This document shows positions 34,306 to 39,149 of a stretch of 39,149 nt of DNA, one piece after another. Every line of letters starts with the position of its first letter. Position 1 is the stretch's first letter. Made by a program: the position numbers and the translations under genes. The stretch lies in IMG/VR virus record IMGVR_UViG_3300033145_001781, positions 1 to 39,149 of that record; one strand, 5' to 3'. The notes under the pieces are model-generated. The model searched no databases. It saw only the letters and a program-made list of their open reading frames with translations, and was not told the origin of the DNA. This DNA is from a virus. Taxonomy: Duplodnaviria > Caudoviricetes.

Positions 34306-35999
34306 AAAAATTCATCAAACATAAATATAAACGTCCTCCGCTCAAACATCAAGCGAAGGAGATGTTACATTCTGTTGAACGGGAATATTGGGCATTATTA
34401 TGGGATATGGGTGTGGGTAAAACTAAATTTATGTTCGACAAAGGTCAATATCTATTCAATAGAGATAAAATAAAAGGTCTACTAATTATCGCACCCAATG
34501 GTGTTCATGTGGACCATATCGAAATTGAAACGCATTTGGAAATAGCAATCCCGTTCGATGCAGCTTATTATCGTGCTACTTTAAGAAAAACAGAACAAAA
34601 ACGTCTGAATCAACTTTTTATTAATGATAGAAAATTTAAAATATTAGCATTAAACACGGATTCAATTAGAACCGATAAGGGATCAAAAATCATAGAAAAG
34701 TTCCTTAAAACGTATCCGTCGTTTATGGTTATAGATGAGTCAACAGATTTTGCGAATCCTACCTCCAAACGATCAAAACAATTATTAAAGTTGGGCAAGT
34801 TAGCCGTCTATCGAATGATCATGGATGGTACACCGATCAACCAAGGACCGCTAGATCTATACGTTCCGTGCGAATTTCTTCAACCGGGTTTACTTGATTT
34901 TCCTACTTTTACTTCATTTCGTGCGCGTTATGCTCAATTAGGAAACCCCGCGATCATTCAACAAATTGATAAACTATTGTGTGTCACTAGATCTAAAGGA
35001 CAGCGGCGTCTAGGTAATCAATATAGAGAATGTCTTTTGTCGATTGAGGAACAAGAACATCTCAAAGAAGAGCGATTTCTATCAAAACATCTATATAATA
35101 TGCATATTGCCAATGTGGAATTAAGCAAAGAAAAAATATCCTCCGAATTACCACCTCGTCTACAACATCTAGCTGGTTACGTTTTGAATGCAATTCGACG
35201 TACTCCGCTTTTTGTTTTTGGATATAAAAATTTAGAAGAATTACAAGAAAAAATAAAACCATTTTCTAGTCGTGTATTGCTCGAGGATTGTGTTGATATG
35301 CCGGGACTCACAGAAAAAACACTTTCATATGATCTGAATCCAGCGACGAAAAAAATATACGAAACCTTAAAAAATGACTTCCTGGTTGAGATTGTAGAAA
35401 ATGGTGATGTGATGAGCATCAAACACGCTATAGTAAAATATGTAAAACTTCAACAAATCGTAGGTGGTTTTTATAAATCAGACGATGAGCCGGATATCTA
35501 TAAAACAATACCTGGGGAAAATCAAAAGTTGCAATTGTTATTGGGCACATTGAAGCGTATCAATCGTAAATATAAAATAATTATTTTTTCTAGGTTCGTT
35601 GAAGAGATAAAATTAATCTACAAAACATTAATTAAAGAGTACGGAAAAGAATCCGCCGTTATTTATTACGGCCAAACGTCCAACGACGATAGACAGGAGG
35701 CTAAACGACAACTCAAAGAAAACCCAAAATGTATGTTTTTTGTAGCAAATATTGATTCGGCGGCATTGGGTTTGAATTTGATAAGTGCTAATTATACGAT
35801 TTGGTTCAGTCGTCCCTTTTCTTTACGAAAAAATCAACAAGGAATAAAACGAACCTATCGAAACGGTCAATTACTCCATTGTCATAGTATTAACTTGATT
35901 GCTAAGGGAACAATTGATCGTTATATCTTGAAATCCGTAGAAGCAAAACAAGACGTGGCGGATTTTATAACTGGAGATTTTAGGAGGATGTTAAAATGA
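34302..35999 (+). CDS. SNF2-family helicase
   Basis: Q motif PLKHQ, motif I DMGVGKT, II VIDES, III GTP, IV IIFSRF, V GLNL, VI Q...R..R.GQ. Confidence 0.93.
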   Translation: MKKFIKHKYKRPPLKHQAKEMLHSVEREYWALLWDMGVGKTKFMFDKGQYLFNRDKIKGLLIIAPNGVHVDHIEIETHLEIAIPFDAAYYRATLRKTEQKRLNQLFINDRKFKILALNTDSIRTDKGSKIIEKFLKTYPSFMVIDESTDFANPTSKRSKQLLKLGKLAVYRMIMDGTPINQGPLDLYVPCEFLQPGLLDFPTFTSFRARYAQLGNPAIIQQIDKLLCVTRSKGQRRLGNQYRECLLSIEEQEHLKEERFLSKHLYNMHIANVELSKEKISSELPPRLQHLAGYVLNAIRRTPLFVFGYKNLEELQEKIKPFSSRVLLEDCVDMPGLTEKTLSYDLNPATKKIYETLKNDFLVEIVENGDVMSIKHAIVKYVKLQQIVGGFYKSDDEPDIYKTIPGENQKLQLLLGTLKRINRKYKIIIFSRFVEEIKLIYKTLIKEYGKESAVIYYGQTSNDDRQEAKRQLKENPKCMFFVANIDSAALGLNLISANYTIWFSRPFSLRKNQQGIKRTYRNGQLLHCHSINLIAKGTIDRYILKSVEAKQDVADFITGDFRRMLK

Positions 36000-36172
36000 T
36001 TAAATCGTGTTATACTTGTTTGAATCGTCGTATGTGTTTTGTCCATCGTTGGCTTATGGATAATATTCAATTTGATAATATGTCAACTGAATATGGTTCT
36101 AATTTCAACGAATTTTTTCAAATCGTTTCTAAAAATTGTACTGCTTATGAAAGTGATAAAAGCAAAATTTAA
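35996..36172 (+). CDS. Small Cys-containing protein (58 aa; below the ORF-track cutoff)
   Basis: RBS AGGAGG; ATGA overlap with the helicase stop; MIKSCYTCLNRRMC...NCTAYE. Confidence 0.7.
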   Translation: MIKSCYTCLNRRMCFVHRWLMDNIQFDNMSTEYGSNFNEFFQIVSKNCTAYESDKSKI

Positions 36173-36350
36173 ACCAAAATCACTTGAAAATCTACCGGGA
36201 ATTTTGGTTCAAAATTGTATGAACGGAGGTATATATAATTTTGTATATGCCTACACTTTGGGGGACGGATCAGAATATTATGAACCTGACGATATTAATT
36301 TTCCATCATCCAATCCCATCAATATTTTAGATTTGGAGATAATAAAATGA
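36147..36350 (+). CDS. Hypothetical protein (start revised from 36039)
   Basis: In-frame ATG at 36147 (MKVIKAKFKP...) avoids a long overlap with the previous ORF. Confidence 0.55.
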   Translation: MKVIKAKFKPKSLENLPGILVQNCMNGGIYNFVYAYTLGDGSEYYEPDDINFPSSNPINILDLEIIK

Positions 36351-36550
36351 AAATAGATGAGTTTGTGAGGATCACAAATGAGATTTCAAACAAGGAGGAT
36401 AAAGAAAAGATTTTTGAACTATTCAAGCGATCAGAACGGATAGAGAATATAGTCGATTTAGCTTTATCGACCGATGGCTTTGACGCAAAAGCAACTTTGG
36501 AATATATTCAGGCGATCTTTAAAATGAAAGATCGCCTTTCGCCGGTTTAA
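36347..36550 (+). CDS. Hypothetical protein, last gene of the rightward arm
   Basis: 67 aa; RBS GGAG; stop overlaps the stop of the convergent lysis gene. Confidence 0.7.
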   Translation: MKIDEFVRITNEISNKEDKEKIFELFKRSERIENIVDLALSTDGFDAKATLEYIQAIFKMKDRLSPV

Positions 36551-36960
36551 ATTTCAATCAAAAGCTGATCTACGCCTCTTTCAAACAACTCAAAGATGAC
36601 TAGTAAGGCTTTCCTTGAGTCTGCAACCCCCCATACTTCAGGATGTAACCGTAATCCAGGCCCAATACAACCTTTTAATTCATGCGGAAAATTCGCCGCA
36701 TGAATTAGGCATTTTGTACGTTGTGATGGTTCATCAACCGTCACTCCTAACGCCGGATTCTCAAGAGATAGAACATTTTTGTACTTGTTCGAATTATATC
36801 TTTTGAGAGTATAAACTCCAGGAGGGATACAAGAAACGTTAGGTTCATTATTTCGCCAAGGTTTTTCGACGGTATATCCGATTAAACTCCCATCATGATA
36901 GAGTTTACCAATACAGCAATTGTCCAAGTAAGCGCGTTTTAACACAAAAGGATTTTTCAT
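36547..36960 (-). CDS. DUF5675-family protein, candidate endolysin (start revised from 36993)
   Basis: YTVEKPWRNN...SCIPPGVY...R..ILIH.AN-like...GCI motifs with His/Cys; next to a holin-like gene. Confidence 0.8.
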   Translation of the reverse strand: MKNPFVLKRAYLDNCCIGKLYHDGSLIGYTVEKPWRNNEPNVSCIPPGVYTLKRYNSNKYKNVLSLENPALGVTVDEPSQRTKCLIHAANFPHELKGCIGPGLRLHPEVWGVADSRKALLVIFELFERGVDQLLIEI

Positions 36961-37169
36961 TTCTTCTTCAAGATGGATTTGGATGCTAACCAATCCAACG
37001 CTTTTTTGATTAAAGGGATTGATTCAATCTCCTTTAGCTTTTCGTCGTCTTTTTGAGTTTTGGTCTTTTTGATAATCATTCTACTACAAAAGACGACAGT
37101 CCCTAATCCAACAACCCAGGCGGATACCCACGGATATTGAACGATAATCAGTTCAAGAAGTTCGTTCAT
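36957..37169 (-). CDS. Putative holin
   Basis: One TM segment then KKTKTQKDDE and a basic C-terminus; directly upstream of the lysin candidate. Confidence 0.65.
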   Translation of the reverse strand: MNELLELIIVQYPWVSAWVVGLGTVVFCSRMIIKKTKTQKDDEKLKEIESIPLIKKALDWLASKSILKKK

Positions 37170-37375
37170 TTTTTATCCTTGGGAATGGATTTTCCAGGGA
37201 TGGATTTTTGTTCATTTTCTGGTTGTTCCGCTGGTTGTTCCGGTTGACTATTTAATTGTGGGAGAGTTTTCAACGTAGTCAAACAGCGCAACAAATCACG
37301 CGGTCGAATGGAATCGCTTTTTAACGTCTCTTCCAAATCTTGTGCTTGCATTTCCGTAATCATAAACATTCGCAT
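37166..37375 (-). CDS. Small hypothetical protein (tail-fibre associated)
   Basis: 69 aa; RBS AGGAG. Confidence 0.7.
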   Translation of the reverse strand: MRMFMITEMQAQDLEETLKSDSIRPRDLLRCLTTLKTLPQLNSQPEQPAEQPENEQKSIPGKSIPKDKK

Positions 37376-37386
37376 AATTTCTCCTA

Positions 37387-37662
37387 TTAAACATCAATGG
37401 AATCTATAAAATCCTCATGGGATTTTAGGTTGAAATAAAAAGTAGACAGATTCAAATCTGATTCATTTTCGAAAGAAAATGGATACATATCAATTCTTAT
37501 CCGAGTTTCTTTCGCACCATTAATGAATACACCAACCCGTAACGACACGTGATAGACTTTTTTATCATCTATCATTTCGTCGTGAAAATCGACACCTATG
37601 ATTTTATGATAGGCGTTTTTGATGGAAAGAGTTTTATATTCAATTGTTTTTTGTAGAGCCAT
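37387..37662 (-). CDS. Putative tail fibre assembly/accessory protein
   Basis: MALQKTI...NAYHKI...FYFNLKSHEDFIDSIDV, a pattern typical of genes following fibre genes. Confidence 0.6.
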   Translation of the reverse strand: MALQKTIEYKTLSIKNAYHKIIGVDFHDEMIDDKKVYHVSLRVGVFINGAKETRIRIDMYPFSFENESDLNLSTFYFNLKSHEDFIDSIDV

Positions 37663-37674
37663 AATTTTCTCCTT

Positions 37675-38937
37675 TTATTTAGCTGCATAAATTCTAATAT
37701 AACCGGTAACACCGCCAATTGTTACTTCTACCCAATCTTGTTCTGTCGCTCCTGCTGATCCGGCATCTTTCATAGCAAAAGTTTCTGTGGGTAAGAAATT
37801 AAACCATGAACCGTCTCCTTTCATGAGCCAACGAGTTGTTGTGTAGTTTCTTAGTGCTATTACATTTTCATCCGCGGCATAAGCACCTACAGTAGTACCT
37901 GATTTTTTTTGCCCCGATACCAATATCCCGCCCACAGAAGCGGTGGTATCTGTATTTTGAAAAGTAGCGCAATCAGCGCTTAAGTGAAAACCAATAGTCC
38001 CTTCACTTATTCCATCTATATGCAAACCACCATCCCCCGGACTACTTTTTTTCATATAACCAAAAGTATCAGTCTCCGCTAAATCAGTCATCCCATGAGC
38101 AACATCAGATGATTTTAAAGCTAGAATTTCATCATCATTAGCACCTTGATTTATAGTAAGACCTTGGGTCATTTTGGCGTTTGCTGTGTCACCTATATAG
38201 ACAGTTTTAGAGATACGCATTCGCTCTCTAAAATCATCAGCAGATTCGGTCTTAAATACTAACTCTGAATTAGTAGCACTTGGTCTCATTGCTTCAATCG
38301 CAGCCTCGCCAGCACCGGTGCTGCTGCACTGAAAATAAATTCCAACGCCGGTATTAACAGTTGTATTCACATTATATAATTTAAGGCCTTCAGGACGAAC
38401 GGTAGCAGACAGAACTGTAGAATCATCTATACGCACTTCTACCTGCCTGCTCGGGGCAGCTGTCCCAAACCCAGCATAACCAGTATCCCCTTCAACTACA
38501 AAATGAGTAGAATTAATAGTAAAATCATTCCCAGCAGAAGTTCCAATTGTAATAGGTAAAGCTCCTAATGAGCTTAATGTACCACCTAAATCTAAATCAC
38601 CCAACGAAATAGGAGTAGAAGTATTATTCAATACTAACTGATATAAGGCACTTCCCCAATTGCCGGTACCACTTCCAGAAGAGACAAATACTTCACCAGT
38701 ATCCGTCTTGAGCCAGGTTTCACCGGCTTGTGTAGCACTTGGCGTTGAGATTTGAGCAAAATCAAATGTCCCAATAGTCGCCACCGCAAAGGAATCTGTA
38801 GGAGTCCATCGTTTATCAAGCTCGGATAAAACGATTTTCTTATTTTGATAACTGGCAGATTGATCAGCTAACAATAAAATATCATCATCGGCTAAATTGG
38901 TTGATAACGCCGCGTCATATGCTTGAAATTTTGCCAT
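37675..38937 (-). CDS. Tail fibre/spike protein
   Basis: 420 aa Gly/Thr/Ser/Ala-rich; GETWLKTDTG, GYAGFGTAAP, ERMRI, GLTINQGANDDEILALKSSDV modules; C-terminal WVEVTIGGVTGYIRIY. Confidence 0.8.
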   Translation of the reverse strand: MAKFQAYDAALSTNLADDDILLLADQSASYQNKKIVLSELDKRWTPTDSFAVATIGTFDFAQISTPSATQAGETWLKTDTGEVFVSSGSGTGNWGSALYQLVLNNTSTPISLGDLDLGGTLSSLGALPITIGTSAGNDFTINSTHFVVEGDTGYAGFGTAAPSRQVEVRIDDSTVLSATVRPEGLKLYNVNTTVNTGVGIYFQCSSTGAGEAAIEAMRPSATNSELVFKTESADDFRERMRISKTVYIGDTANAKMTQGLTINQGANDDEILALKSSDVAHGMTDLAETDTFGYMKKSSPGDGGLHIDGISEGTIGFHLSADCATFQNTDTTASVGGILVSGQKKSGTTVGAYAADENVIALRNYTTTRWLMKGDGSWFNFLPTETFAMKDAGSAGATEQDWVEVTIGGVTGYIRIYAAK

Positions 38938-38956
38938 GTTACTTTTTATGTTAAGA

Positions 38957-39149
38957 TTAAATTAATCGATAAACTACTAAATAAAAGGCCTCATCAGAAA
39001 CAGCACTTGTGATAAGATTATAGGTTGTTACATTAATTTGACCATTTCCAATTATAAGTGTGCCGGAATTTCTTGTACCTATACGACAGCTCGTCTCTAT
39101 AACGAATTCTTGTGTATCATGATATGGTGCGTAAAACGTAACTACATAA
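38957..39149 (-). CDS. 3' end of the junction-spanning tail protein that starts at 1631
   Basis: Frame continues ...GNGQINVTTYNLITSAVSDEAFYLVVYRLI with stop at 38957-38959. Confidence 0.85.
   Translation of the reverse strand, partial: YVVTFYAPYHDTQEFVIETSCRIGTRNSGTLIIGNGQINVTTYNLITSAVSDEAFYLVVYRLI
39036..39149. repeat. Terminal direct repeat, right copy
   Basis: Identical to nt 1-114. Confidence 0.97.

Noticed and set aside
37675-38937. Diversity-generating retroelement or invertible tail-fibre cassette
   Set aside because: No reverse transcriptase or invertase gene, and I saw no TR/VR repeat pair.

Overview
This window is an apparently complete ~39.0-kb circular or circularly permuted tailed-phage genome (siphovirus-like; nt 1-114 are identical to nt 39036-39149, giving a unit length of 39,035 bp). 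Two arms diverge from a control region at ~25.7-25.95 kb. The leftward arm carries an unannotated ribbon-helix-helix regulator, primase-helicase, an LRR-like repeat protein, dUTPase, DUF3310, DUF2284 and a PagP-like barrel. It continues through a ~310-bp concentric inverted-repeat element into the virion module: TerS, TerL, portal fused to an F/gp7-like domain, protease/scaffold, capsid, neck, tail tube, chaperone, tape measure, tail tip and fibres (one gene spans the contig junction), holin and a DUF5675 lysin candidate. The rightward arm has duplicated strong sigma70 promoters driving small early genes (including an ADP-ribosyltransferase-like protein and a pentapeptide-repeat protein), a tRNA-like RNA with an expanded anticodon arm, SSB, family-B DNA polymerase, a PD-(D/E)xK nuclease and an SNF2 helicase. 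No integrase, CI-type repressor, CRISPR array or reverse transcriptase was seen, so a lytic lifestyle on a probably Gram-negative host is inferred. The most unusual signals are the tRNA-like RNA, the nested palindrome, the ART-like early gene, the three-part portal, the Cys-rich tape-measure insert and start-site duplications that mark gene insertions. All family assignments come from motif recognition by eye; no database searches were run.
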